56,177 nucleotides of DNA from an uncultured Anaerolineaceae bacterium (GCA_964496705.1 CAZCBJ010000002.1:1488-57664), one strand, 5' to 3'. Numbered from the stretch's first letter, positions 44,625 through 52,941 are shown. Notes: a model not told the origin generated them from the sequence alone. Program-made: numbers and translations.

Positions 44625-45727
44625 GGCAGGTCGCCCTTGAAAGCCGGGCGGATTTTCTCCTCAAAGACTTTGGCATCCAGGCCGTAGACCGTCTGGTAGA
44701 ACTGCTGGGCGGTCTGAACGATATCAGTTTGGGGGAACCGGTCGGGGTGTATGCGGGTTGCCAGCCAGGTGAGGCCAAGCACCCAGCGCGCGTCCGGCTG
44801 ATCCCAACTGTAGAAGTCCCTGGCGAAGGCGTAGAGTTTGCCCTCTTTTACGGCGCGCAGCGCCTGCCATTGGGCGTCTTCTTTCAGCTTGCCCACCACT
44901 TCAGAGGGATTGGCGAAATAAGAAATGACGAAAATCTGATCGGCGTCCCAGGCGGCAATCTGTTCCAGGGTCACCTTGGTCCAGCCCTTGCCGGGGTTGG
45001 CATCCGCCCAGATGGGCTCGCCGCCCGCCATTTCCACGAGGCGGGTTTGCATCCAGCTCATCGGCGGCACGTTGAAGGCCACCACGCCGTCCTTGTCCGA
45101 ATAATACAGCAGCAGAATGCGCGGTTTTTGGGAGACATCCTTGACCGCGTTTTGCACATTCGCCACCTGGTTTTGATAATAGCTGATCAATTGCTGGGCG
45201 CGGGCCTCGTTCTGGAAGATCTTGCCCAAATTGGTCAGATCGCGCTCGTATTGTTCAGGCGTCTCCAAATCTACGTACAGGACAGGGATGTTGAGCGTTT
45301 CCACGCTCATACCCATGCTCTCGCGCAGATAACTCTTCAGGATCACCAGGTCGGGCCTGGCGGCGGCGATCTGTTCAGCGGAGGCTTCCTGCTCGAGGAT
45401 GGTTTTTTCCTCATAATTTGGGTCGATCAGCAGGTTGAAAGCGGCAGAACTTTGACCGGACTTGCCCAACGCGACCACGCGTTGCGCGGCTTCGGGAAAC
45501 ATATATACGGCGTCCATGACCAGCGTGAGGGCTTTGCCGGTGATGGCGATGCGCTGCGGTGCTTTCTCCAGCTTGACCTCACGGTCCAGGGCGTCGGTGA
45601 CGATAATGGGTGCGGCACTGGCGGTGGTCGGCTCGGCCGGTTGATCAGCGGCCGGCGGCACGGCCTGTGGCGTACAGGCGCTGAGGATGAACAGTGTGAC
45701 GAAAAGCGCGAATAAGATTTTTTTCAT
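44621..45727 (-). CDS. Periplasmic-binding-protein type 2 lipoprotein (BtuF/FepB/FhuD-like chelate binding protein)
   Basis: Lipobox FILSAC, a Pro/Ala linker, then RIAITGKALTLVMDAV...PDLVIL...IAAWDADQIFV, typical of class III SBPs. Confidence 0.85.
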   Translation of the reverse strand: MKKILFALFVTLFILSACTPQAVPPAADQPAEPTTASAAPIIVTDALDREVKLEKAPQRIAITGKALTLVMDAVYMFPEAAQRVVALGKSGQSSAAFNLLIDPNYEEKTILEQEASAEQIAAARPDLVILKSYLRESMGMSVETLNIPVLYVDLETPEQYERDLTNLGKIFQNEARAQQLISYYQNQVANVQNAVKDVSQKPRILLLYYSDKDGVVAFNVPPMSWMQTRLVEMAGGEPIWADANPGKGWTKVTLEQIAAWDADQIFVISYFANPSEVVGKLKEDAQWQALRAVKEGKLYAFARDFYSWDQPDARWVLGLTWLATRIHPDRFPQTDIVQTAQQFYQTVYGLDAKVFEEKIRPAFKGDLP

Positions 45728-45732
45728 TTTTA

Positions 45733-46284
45733 TTATCTCTCCTTGGATTTTATTACGAAGGTGGGTAATATTTCTTGCAGCCAGTGAAGTATCGCCTGGA
45801 CCTGTTTTAATCGAAAGCTAAATACATACCGAGAATATCCCTGGCTGCTCTCCATTTGTGCGGTCAAGGATGCCAGCCATCCACGGCAAATAGCTTCCTG
45901 CTGTTGAAATAGTGAAGTGACCTCATCGGGATCAGCCTCGTTCAAAAAAGCAAGCCGCGATAGGAAATCCTGGCGAAAATAGCGCGCGGAGCGCACCGGG
46001 GTCAGCAGCCAGACACGAAAAGCCTGTTCACCGGCCGAGGTGACCTGGTATTGCTTGCGCTGGGGCGCTGAAGCGCCCGGGGTGCGTTCGGCGCTCAGGA
46101 AACCAAGCCGCTCCAGCTTTTCCAATGCAGCATACAGGCTGCCGGTTTTGACCTGCCAGATCACGCCCATACCACCCGTTTGATTCCAGATATGCAGCAG
46201 TTCATAGCCGTGCACTGGCTGGCGGCGGACCAACCCAAGGACGACATATTCGAGGCGTAAGGGGAGGGCGGGACGTGGGGACAT
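45733..46284 (-). CDS. PadR family transcriptional regulator
   Basis: LEYVVLGLVRRQPVHGYELLHIW...GSLYAALEKLERLGFL winged-helix signature. Confidence 0.85.
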   Translation of the reverse strand: MSPRPALPLRLEYVVLGLVRRQPVHGYELLHIWNQTGGMGVIWQVKTGSLYAALEKLERLGFLSAERTPGASAPQRKQYQVTSAGEQAFRVWLLTPVRSARYFRQDFLSRLAFLNEADPDEVTSLFQQQEAICRGWLASLTAQMESSQGYSRYVFSFRLKQVQAILHWLQEILPTFVIKSKER

Positions 46285-46302
46285 GGCGAAGGCAACTTAC
46301 CA

Positions 46303-46354
46303 CTATTCATTAAATGAATAACTGGTATTTTACCCTTCTGTGTTAGGTTTGTCA
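46303..46354 (-). promoter_or_regulatory. Consensus sigma70 promoter (TTGACA-17 nt-TAAAAT) with a perfect 17-bp palindromic operator over the TSS
   Basis: On the minus strand, TTGACA is at 46354-46349, the spacer is 17 nt, and TAAAAT is at 46331-46326. The palindrome TATTCATTaAATGAATA at 46303-46319 begins 6 nt downstream of the -10 and ends 19 nt upstream of the padR ATG. Confidence 0.7.
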
Positions 46355-46401
46355 ATTTAAAAAAAATAGGCCTGGTGCGAATGACCTGTGACGAAGCTTG
46401 C

Positions 46402-47181
46402 CTACCCTGCATCGGCGGAGAACGCCGTTTGCGGGACCTGCCCGGTTTCCACAGTCACCAGGCGCACTCCCTGAACCCGCACCTGGCGAAAATTGGCTCC
46501 CTGACGCACATACGGCAGGACGGCCTGGGGATGGGTGACGACGGAGCCGGACAGCACATGAACGCCGAAATCGAACATGAGCGGCGAGAGCGGTGTGCTG
46601 GGGCCGAGGAGCAGCACCCTGGCGCCGGGCTTGCGCAACTGCATGATCCCCTCGAAGGTGTGGTTGATCAGCGTGGTGGAGGTGATGGCCAGGATATCCG
46701 CCTGTGGGATGACATCCGGCGCGGCAGAAGCGGGCAGGTCATCCTCGCGGGGATTAAGCTCCAGCACCCACAATGTCTTGACTTTTTCGCGCAGAGATTG
46801 CACGAAGGGGAAATGCCCGATCAATGCCACCTGGCTGTAGGCCCCGTGGCGGGCAATGTAATCCTCGGCGGCCAGGTCAACCATGTTGTCGATGGGCGGC
46901 AGCAGCGCATTGATGGTCGCCAACCCGACGCTGACCTCGGTGAAGCTCTTGGAAAAGACCAGTTGAGCCAGTTGCAGCGCGTCGAACCCCTCGAGCTGAC
47001 CGGCGGCTTCCACAGCCGGCAGCCGCGCATGCTCAAATTCCGGGTTGGATTGCGTGGCTGCCAATCCGCAGCGCTGCACACCCTGGGTTTCGACCAGTAC
47101 GGCAGTCCAATGCAGACCGATGGCCACACTGACGACCTTTCCGTCCGATAAGTTTGATATCAAGCATTTAAAGATATCCAA
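46402..47181 (-). CDS. DUF4213/DUF364 protein (Rossmann-like, so-called putative heavy-metal chelation domain)
   Basis: VSVAIGLHWTAVLVETQGVQRCGLAAT (DUF4213-like), and VALIGHFP...ADILAITSTTLINHTF...VLLLGPSTPLSPLMFDFGVHVLSG (DUF364-like). The apparent start is a TTG. Confidence 0.7.
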   Translation of the reverse strand: MDIFKCLISNLSDGKVVSVAIGLHWTAVLVETQGVQRCGLAATQSNPEFEHARLPAVEAAGQLEGFDALQLAQLVFSKSFTEVSVGLATINALLPPIDNMVDLAAEDYIARHGAYSQVALIGHFPFVQSLREKVKTLWVLELNPREDDLPASAAPDVIPQADILAITSTTLINHTFEGIMQLRKPGARVLLLGPSTPLSPLMFDFGVHVLSGSVVTHPQAVLPYVRQGANFRQVRVQGVRLVTVETGQVPQTAFSADAG

Positions 47182-47274
47182 TATATACCCTTTTCCCAGG
47201 AGGATGAATTGCTTTGAGTCTACTATGAAATCGACCGCTCCTCCTTTGGCGGCTGTGGTTTTTTTAACCTGGTT

Positions 47275-47370
47275 TCAACGAATGCTTTGCAGCCAGGCGA
47301 AAACAAGCGCCACGATCAGGCTGATCAGCCCAATGCCGACTGCGATGAGGGTGGAAATTTTCTGTCGCAT
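47275..47370 (-). CDS. Candidate 31-aa single-TM micropeptide
   Basis: Not in the track. Minus-strand GGAGGGG then 5 nt then ATG (47370) gives MRQKISTLIAVGIGLISLIVALVFAWLQSIR, stop at 47277-47275. The RBS overlaps the stop codon of the upstream flavocytochrome gene. Confidence 0.35.
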   Translation of the reverse strand: MRQKISTLIAVGIGLISLIVALVFAWLQSIR

Positions 47371-47380
47371 GTTTCCCCTC

Positions 47381-48712
47381 CTATACCAAGTCGAAGCGCT
47401 CTGAGTGGAAATCCCCGGGCCATGTACCCAGTTGATCCATTAACCGTTCTACTGCGTTCATCATCGGCGCGGGACCGCAGATGAAAATTTCCACCCGGTT
47501 GGGCTGGTGGGTGTCTGGCAGGCGATTTTTCAGGATTTCCAGGCTGACGAACCCTTTTTCGCCTTCCCAATCGGGCGGTGGATTTTCCAGCACATGGGTG
47601 ACGCGCAGGTTCAGGCGGCTGCTGAGGGTTTCAATTTCTTCACGGAAAATGACCTGTTCCCAATCCTTGTTGGCATAAATAAGGGTCAGCGGGCGCTGAT
47701 CGCCGCGGTCTGCCAGGGAGCGCAGCATGCTCATGATGGGCGTAATGCCCACGCCGCCGGCGATGAAAGCCAGCTCGCTGGCGTGCGGATGGCGGTCGCA
47801 GGAAAAAGATCCAAACGGTCCATCCACATAGACTGTCTCGCCGGGCTTGAGGTCTTTGATCTTGCCCGTGAAATCCCCAAGGGCTTTGATGGTGAAGGAC
47901 AATTGGTGCGTCTGTTCGCTGCTGGAGGAGATGGAGAAAGGGTGTTCCGTGTCGGCAAAGGGCGAATCGCGGACGGTGATCCAGGCAAACTGGCCGGGGG
48001 TGAAGCGGAATCCGGGGTGATTGACCGGACGCACCGTCACCGTCCAGGTGTTGCTGCGCTCTGCTTTCACCTCGCTGATCTGATACGGCTTTCGTTTCAT
48101 CATCAGCGGCTTGATCAGGCGGGTATACCCCAGCAGGCCAATCCAGAACAATCCGTAACCGCCCCACAATACACGTTTCCAGGGCAGGTCCACGTAATGA
48201 CCGACCAAAAGGATGTGCACCAGAGCCAGTGCAACCGCTGCCATGGCCAAGATGGCATGCCAAATACGCCAGCGGGTGTATTCGATTTTCCACTTTTTCC
48301 GCCAGACTGAGAGGCTGATCACCCCCAGCAGCGCCAGCACGGCGGTGACTGCGGCGCGCGCGCGCCAGGGCGCCGACCACAGTGCCAGCAGTTTGAGGTT
48401 TTCCAGATCGAGGATGAACAATAACAGGGGATGTGCCAGGATAAGAGCCAGAGCGACAAAGGATATCTGACGGTGGAAATGATAAACAATATCGGCGCCG
48501 TAGGGGGCTTTGAGCCATTTGAAACGGGCGGTGAGCGCGAATTGCAGCGCCATCATTGCCAGGCCGATGAAGCCCAGACTCACCGACAGCTCGCGCAGGA
48601 ATTCCCGCCCCACCGGATGCGGGGCGATGAACATGACCAGGACAGGTGAAAGAATCAACAGCAGGTAGATCAGCGCCCACAACAACCCTTGTACGATTAA
48701 CTTAAGTCTCAT
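47381..48712 (-). CDS. NOX/FRE-type flavocytochrome: ferric-reductase 6-TM di-haem domain fused to an FAD/NAD(P)H-binding FNR-like domain
   Basis: Two His pairs, each separated by 13 residues, in TM helices (FHRQISFVALALILAH and WHAILAMAAVALALVH). FAD motif HPFSISS. NAD motif FIAGGVGITP. C-terminal ICGP. Confidence 0.8.
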   Translation of the reverse strand: MRLKLIVQGLLWALIYLLLILSPVLVMFIAPHPVGREFLRELSVSLGFIGLAMMALQFALTARFKWLKAPYGADIVYHFHRQISFVALALILAHPLLLFILDLENLKLLALWSAPWRARAAVTAVLALLGVISLSVWRKKWKIEYTRWRIWHAILAMAAVALALVHILLVGHYVDLPWKRVLWGGYGLFWIGLLGYTRLIKPLMMKRKPYQISEVKAERSNTWTVTVRPVNHPGFRFTPGQFAWITVRDSPFADTEHPFSISSSSEQTHQLSFTIKALGDFTGKIKDLKPGETVYVDGPFGSFSCDRHPHASELAFIAGGVGITPIMSMLRSLADRGDQRPLTLIYANKDWEQVIFREEIETLSSRLNLRVTHVLENPPPDWEGEKGFVSLEILKNRLPDTHQPNRVEIFICGPAPMMNAVERLMDQLGTWPGDFHSERFDLV

Positions 48713-48788
48713 CTTTTCATCCCGTCGCGATACCCGTAGGCGCCGGGGCTTATTGCAGGCTCCCGGCTTGGTGCATTGAAAATTGGCC

Positions 48789-51704
48789 TTATTTTGCTGA
48801 CGCGCGCAGACCCTCTTTCACCCGCGCGGGCGTGTAGGGAATCTCACGAATCCACACGCCGGTGGCGTTGTGCAGCGCGCTGGCGATGCCCGGGCCGGCG
48901 CCGTCCAGAGCCATCTCGGCCACCGATTTGACACCAAACGGCCCGCTGGGCTCATAGGTTTGCACAAATATCACATCCATGGCTGGCATTCCGGCAGCGT
49001 GGGCAATTCGATAGGTCAGTAAATCTGTGGTGAGAGGTTGGCCATCAGGGGTGAACAACATTTCCTCGGTGAGGGCAAAGCCCAGCGCCATGGCCATGCC
49101 GCCTTCCACCTGCCCGGCAGCAGTGATCGGATTGACCACCCGGCCGCAGTCCACCACCATCAACATGCGCTCGACGTCGATCACGCCTGTCTCCGTATCC
49201 ACCACAATTTCGACAAACTGCGCAGCCATGGGTGGCGGGCTGAGCTCGGCAGCATGGGAGGCTGAGGCGATGATTTGGTGCTGGTTGAGTTGATGCAGGC
49301 TGCTCAGGCCGACTTCGGCATAGGTCACTGACCTGCCGTCAGCGGCAATCACATGTTGATCCTCAATCCTGAGCGCTTGGCTTGGAATGCCCAGCATATC
49401 GGCGGCATGGGCGATGATCTGACCTTTGACATCCTCAGCAGCTTTGTGCACCGCGCCGCCGCTGACATAGGTGGTGCTGCTGGCGTAGGCACCTTTGTCA
49501 AAGGGCGTCAAATCGGTATCGGCAGCATAGACGATGATGTCTTCTGGTCGGGTTTCCAACACTTCGGCGGCAATTTGGCTGAGGACGGTATCTGCGCCGG
49601 TGCCCAGGTCGGTGGCGCCGACCATCAAGTTGAATGAGCCGTCGTCATTCATTTTCAAGGTGGCCGCGGCCATGTCCAGGTTGGCTACAGCGGTGCCGTG
49701 CATGGCAACCGACATGCCCATACCGCGGCGGTAGCGCCCGGTTTGCGCCTGATTTTTTTGCCGCTTGGCGTAAAAATCGCTGGCTTTGAGGCCAATGGAG
49801 ACGCAGTCGGCCAGGCCGCTGGAGAGCAAAGATTGTTTGGTGCCTGCGCGCCCTTCGCCCAGCGCTTCGGCCAGGTGCATGGTGTCGCCAACTTTGATCC
49901 AATTGTTGCGCTTGAATTCAGCCACATCCAGCCCGAGATGTTCGGCGACTTCTTCCATCAGCACTTCGATGCCGTACTGGCACTGGGTGGCGCCGTAACC
50001 GCGCAGCGCACCGGCTGGAGGGGTATTGGTATAAACGACGTCGCAGCTGAATCGTGCGTTGGGCGGGTTGTAGAGGGTCAGTCCCTTGAAGCCGCCGACC
50101 ATGTTGACTGTCAGGCCGTGCGTGCCGTATGCGCCAGTGTTTCCGATCAAATACAGGCTGGCGGCAGTCACCTTCCCCTGTCTGACGCCCACCTTATAAC
50201 GCATGATGCTGGCGTGGCGCGAGCGCGATCCGATGAACTCCTGGGCGCGGGTATATTCCATGCGCACCGGACGGCCGGTGGCCAGGGTGAGGTGCGCGCA
50301 CAGGTCTTCGAGGATCATCTCCTGTTTGTTGCCAAAACCGCCGCCGATGCGCGGCTTGATGACGCGAATCTTCTTGACCGGCAGGTTGATCAGCGGGGCG
50401 ACCATGCGCCGGATATGGAAAGGAACCTGAGTGCTGGTGCGTATCACCAGGCGGTCATCTTCGTCCAGATAGGTGATGCATACATGCGGCTCAAGGTGAA
50501 CATGCTGCTGTTTGGGAGTTCGGTATTCACCTGCCAACACAAAATCAGCCTCGGCGAAGGCGGTGTCCACATCCCCCACCTCGGCGGCGATGTGGTGCAC
50601 GATGTTATGCCGGGCGTCATGGATACCTTCGGTGTCGGGTTCATCATGAATGATAGGGGCGCCGTCCTGCATGGCCTGTTGTGGGTCCACCACGGCAGGC
50701 AGAATCTCGTAGTCCACCTCGATCATGGACAAAGCCTGCTGGGCAATCTCTGGCGTTTCAGCAGCGAGGATGGCGACGCGGTCGCCGACATGGCGCACTT
50801 TCGTGTCCAGGCTGACCTGGTCGTAGGGCAACGGTTGAGGGTAGGTCTGACCGCCGGAGGCGTATTTGACCCGCGGGATATCCTGGTGGGTCAGCACGGC
50901 GACCACACCGGGCAGTGAGCGCGCGCGGCTGGCGTCAATGCGTGTAATCCGCGCATGGGCATGCGGGCTGGTGAGCAGTGCGCCATAGAGCATGCCGGGG
51001 AGGGAGAAATCATCGGTGAACACCGGTCGCCCCTGGGCCAGCTTGTTGCCGTCCACCTTGCGTTCCGCTTTTCCCACCACTTTCAGGGATTGCATTCCGG
51101 CGGGCGTGAATATCAGCGGTGGCAGTGGATGACGGCTGCCGTCGCGGCGGTAAAAGGATTCGGGCAGCTCTGCCTGGCTGGGATCGGCGGGCAGCGGTCG
51201 GTGTAGAGGGGAGAGAGCTTCCACCGTCCCGCCTTGCAGCATCTCTGCTGCGCGCTGGGCAGCATCCACTGCGCGAACATAGCCGGTGCAGCGGCACAGC
51301 ACCTGGTCCAGCGCGGCGCGGATTTCGGTTTCGCTCGGGTGAGGATTTTTATCCAACAAAGCTTTGACCACGAGGACCTGCGCCGGTGTGCAATAGCCGC
51401 ACTGGATGGCGCCAGTCTCGACGAAGGCTTGCTGTATCGGGTGGAGATGTTGTCCCTGGCTTAGCCCTTCGATGGTCAGGATGTTTTTACCATCGGCTTC
51501 AACGGCTTTCATGTTGCAACTGGTCGCTGGTTCGCCATTGATCAGCACCACGCATACCCCGCAGGTGCCATCGTCGCAGCCGTATTTTGCACCGGTGTAG
51601 CCAAAACGGCGCAAAGCGCGCAGCAAAGTTTCCTCTTCGCCGACCAGCAGCGTTTTCGGTATCTGGTTAATCACCACACTGATCTGTCTCTTTGCCGTTG
51701 TCAT
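48789..51704 (-). CDS. Mop-type molybdopterin aldehyde oxidoreductase: [2Fe-2S]x2 domains fused to xanthine-dehydrogenase-family Mo-binding subunit, no FAD domain
   Basis: N-terminus CDDGTCGVCVVLINGEPATSCN, then CGYCTPAQ...CRCTGY. The following ~800 aa carry XDH-family a/b-hammerhead and Moco domains (GGGFGNK, ...GxGE-like regions). 971 aa, comparable to D. gigas MOP architecture. Confidence 0.85.
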   Translation of the reverse strand: MTTAKRQISVVINQIPKTLLVGEEETLLRALRRFGYTGAKYGCDDGTCGVCVVLINGEPATSCNMKAVEADGKNILTIEGLSQGQHLHPIQQAFVETGAIQCGYCTPAQVLVVKALLDKNPHPSETEIRAALDQVLCRCTGYVRAVDAAQRAAEMLQGGTVEALSPLHRPLPADPSQAELPESFYRRDGSRHPLPPLIFTPAGMQSLKVVGKAERKVDGNKLAQGRPVFTDDFSLPGMLYGALLTSPHAHARITRIDASRARSLPGVVAVLTHQDIPRVKYASGGQTYPQPLPYDQVSLDTKVRHVGDRVAILAAETPEIAQQALSMIEVDYEILPAVVDPQQAMQDGAPIIHDEPDTEGIHDARHNIVHHIAAEVGDVDTAFAEADFVLAGEYRTPKQQHVHLEPHVCITYLDEDDRLVIRTSTQVPFHIRRMVAPLINLPVKKIRVIKPRIGGGFGNKQEMILEDLCAHLTLATGRPVRMEYTRAQEFIGSRSRHASIMRYKVGVRQGKVTAASLYLIGNTGAYGTHGLTVNMVGGFKGLTLYNPPNARFSCDVVYTNTPPAGALRGYGATQCQYGIEVLMEEVAEHLGLDVAEFKRNNWIKVGDTMHLAEALGEGRAGTKQSLLSSGLADCVSIGLKASDFYAKRQKNQAQTGRYRRGMGMSVAMHGTAVANLDMAAATLKMNDDGSFNLMVGATDLGTGADTVLSQIAAEVLETRPEDIIVYAADTDLTPFDKGAYASSTTYVSGGAVHKAAEDVKGQIIAHAADMLGIPSQALRIEDQHVIAADGRSVTYAEVGLSSLHQLNQHQIIASASHAAELSPPPMAAQFVEIVVDTETGVIDVERMLMVVDCGRVVNPITAAGQVEGGMAMALGFALTEEMLFTPDGQPLTTDLLTYRIAHAAGMPAMDVIFVQTYEPSGPFGVKSVAEMALDGAGPGIASALHNATGVWIREIPYTPARVKEGLRASAK

Positions 51705-51782
51705 CTTGGGGCCTCCTTATACTACCCGTTCCAGATATACAGGTTTTATTCAATCAGGTCTTGTGGAAAATCGTTTTTGTCG

Positions 51783-51862
51783 GGAAGATCATCTTCCATC
51801 TTCAGTTTACCCGAAACTTTTTAGCTTGTCGATAATTTCACGGCGCATCGCAAGCTTGTCGA
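51783..51862. promoter_or_regulatory. Palindrome GGAAGATcATCTTCC plus a 10-bp direct repeat AGCTTGTCGA x2 (30-bp phasing) upstream of the Mop gene
   Basis: Palindrome at 51783-51797. Direct repeats at 51823-51832 and 51853-51862. All lie in the 176-bp gap between the yggS stop and the mop start. Confidence 0.3.
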
Positions 51863-51880
51863 ACCTTTTGATGAAGGTCC

Positions 51881-52549
51881 TCATCTCGATCGTTCACCAA
51901 ACAGGCGGGTGCCAAGGCGCACGATGTTGGCGCCCTCTTCAATGGCGACCAGATAGCTGCCGCTCATCCCCATTGACAGGTATTGCATGCTCACATTCGT
52001 AAGGTTTAGCCCGCCCAGGTGTTCATACAGCCGGCGCGTGGTACGGAAATAGGGCCGGCTTTGCTCAGGCTCGCCGGTCAGCGGGCCCAGGGTCATCAAG
52101 CCCTGAACGCGCAGGTGCGGCAGCGCGCTGATATGCAATACCAGCTCTTCGGCGGCTTCTGGAAACACGCCGCTTTTATTGTCCTCTCGCCCGCTGTTGA
52201 TTTCGATCAAGATGGGCAGGGTTTTGCCCGCCGCAGCGCAGTGGCGGTCGAGCTGTGCGGCGAGGGCGAGCGAATCGACGGTTTCAATCATGTCGAACAA
52301 TTCGACCGCGGTTTTGGCTTTGTTGCGCTGCAGGTGACCGATCATGTGCCACTCCGCGCGCGCGCCGAGCGCCTGGATGATGGGAGAGGCCTCCTGCACG
52401 TAGTTGTAGCCGAACAACCTGATCCCGGCCTGGATGGCTTCCTCGACCTCGGCCAAGCTGCGCGTCTTGGCAGCGGCCAGCAAAAGGACGCCGGGCGGGA
52501 GGGTGGCTTGAATCTGTTGGACGACTCGGGTGATTGGCGTGGATTTCAA
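51881..52549 (-). CDS. yggS: YggS family pyridoxal-5'-phosphate homeostasis protein
   Basis: LLAAAKTRS...FGYNYVQE...WHMIGHLQRNK...LSMGMSGSY...GANIVRLGTRLFG matches the YggS/PROSC signature. Confidence 0.9.
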   Translation of the reverse strand: MKSTPITRVVQQIQATLPPGVLLLAAAKTRSLAEVEEAIQAGIRLFGYNYVQEASPIIQALGARAEWHMIGHLQRNKAKTAVELFDMIETVDSLALAAQLDRHCAAAGKTLPILIEINSGREDNKSGVFPEAAEELVLHISALPHLRVQGLMTLGPLTGEPEQSRPYFRTTRRLYEHLGGLNLTNVSMQYLSMGMSGSYLVAIEEGANIVRLGTRLFGERSR

Positions 52550-52612
52550 ATGGAGATCATCCTTTGGCGCGGGGATTCCTTGATCCTATTCAGGTCTGCG
52601 CCTGCATCTGGA

Positions 52613-52843
52613 TTATACAGCCGGAGTGCGATTAATCGCCTGCCCATTGACGCGCAGTTTCGTATCTACCAGAGATTTGCGGATCGCAAGAGGGTCAGGC
52701 CTAATGCCCAGACCGGGGCGTTCAGGCAGGTGGATCATGCCGCTGGGGTCAGGCTCCAGGTGCTCGCAGGTCAGCTTAATTGCCAGACGCGACATGGAGA
52801 TTGCGCCGTTGAGCATGATGGCCAGCGTGCACTGGGCGGCCTG
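52613..52843 (-). pseudogene. C-terminal remnant of an enolase-superfamily (mandelate racemase/muconate lactonising) enzyme
   Basis: The open frame QAAQCTLAIMLNGAISMSRLAIKLTCEHLEP...GMIHLPERPGLGIRPD resembles the last ~75 aa of MR/MLE enzymes (...GxIxxPxxPGLGIxxD). A stop lies immediately upstream at 52844-52846 and ~300 N-terminal aa are missing. Confidence 0.45.
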
Positions 52844-52941
52844 TCATTTGGTCTACTTCTTCGCCATATTTCCTTCCAATTGAGAATGAGCCGGTGCTGA
52901 TGCAGATTGCCCGGCTCATTTTCGTTTACGGAGGAAGACCT

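Noticed and set aside
45728-47380. Cobalamin riboswitch or Fur/DtxR box controlling the BtuF/FepB-like ABC importer
   Set aside because: The intergenic regions are short. They are occupied by a consensus promoter plus a PadR-type palindrome, and no B12-box (GCCACUG-like) or Fur-box-like 19-mer was visible.
52885-52927. Hairpin AATGAGCCGG-16 nt-CCGGCTCATT followed by TTCGTTT as a plus-strand intrinsic terminator
   Set aside because: No plus-strand gene ends upstream of it, the loop is long and the T-tract is weak. It is more likely part of the decayed region. It is noted under the relic finding instead.
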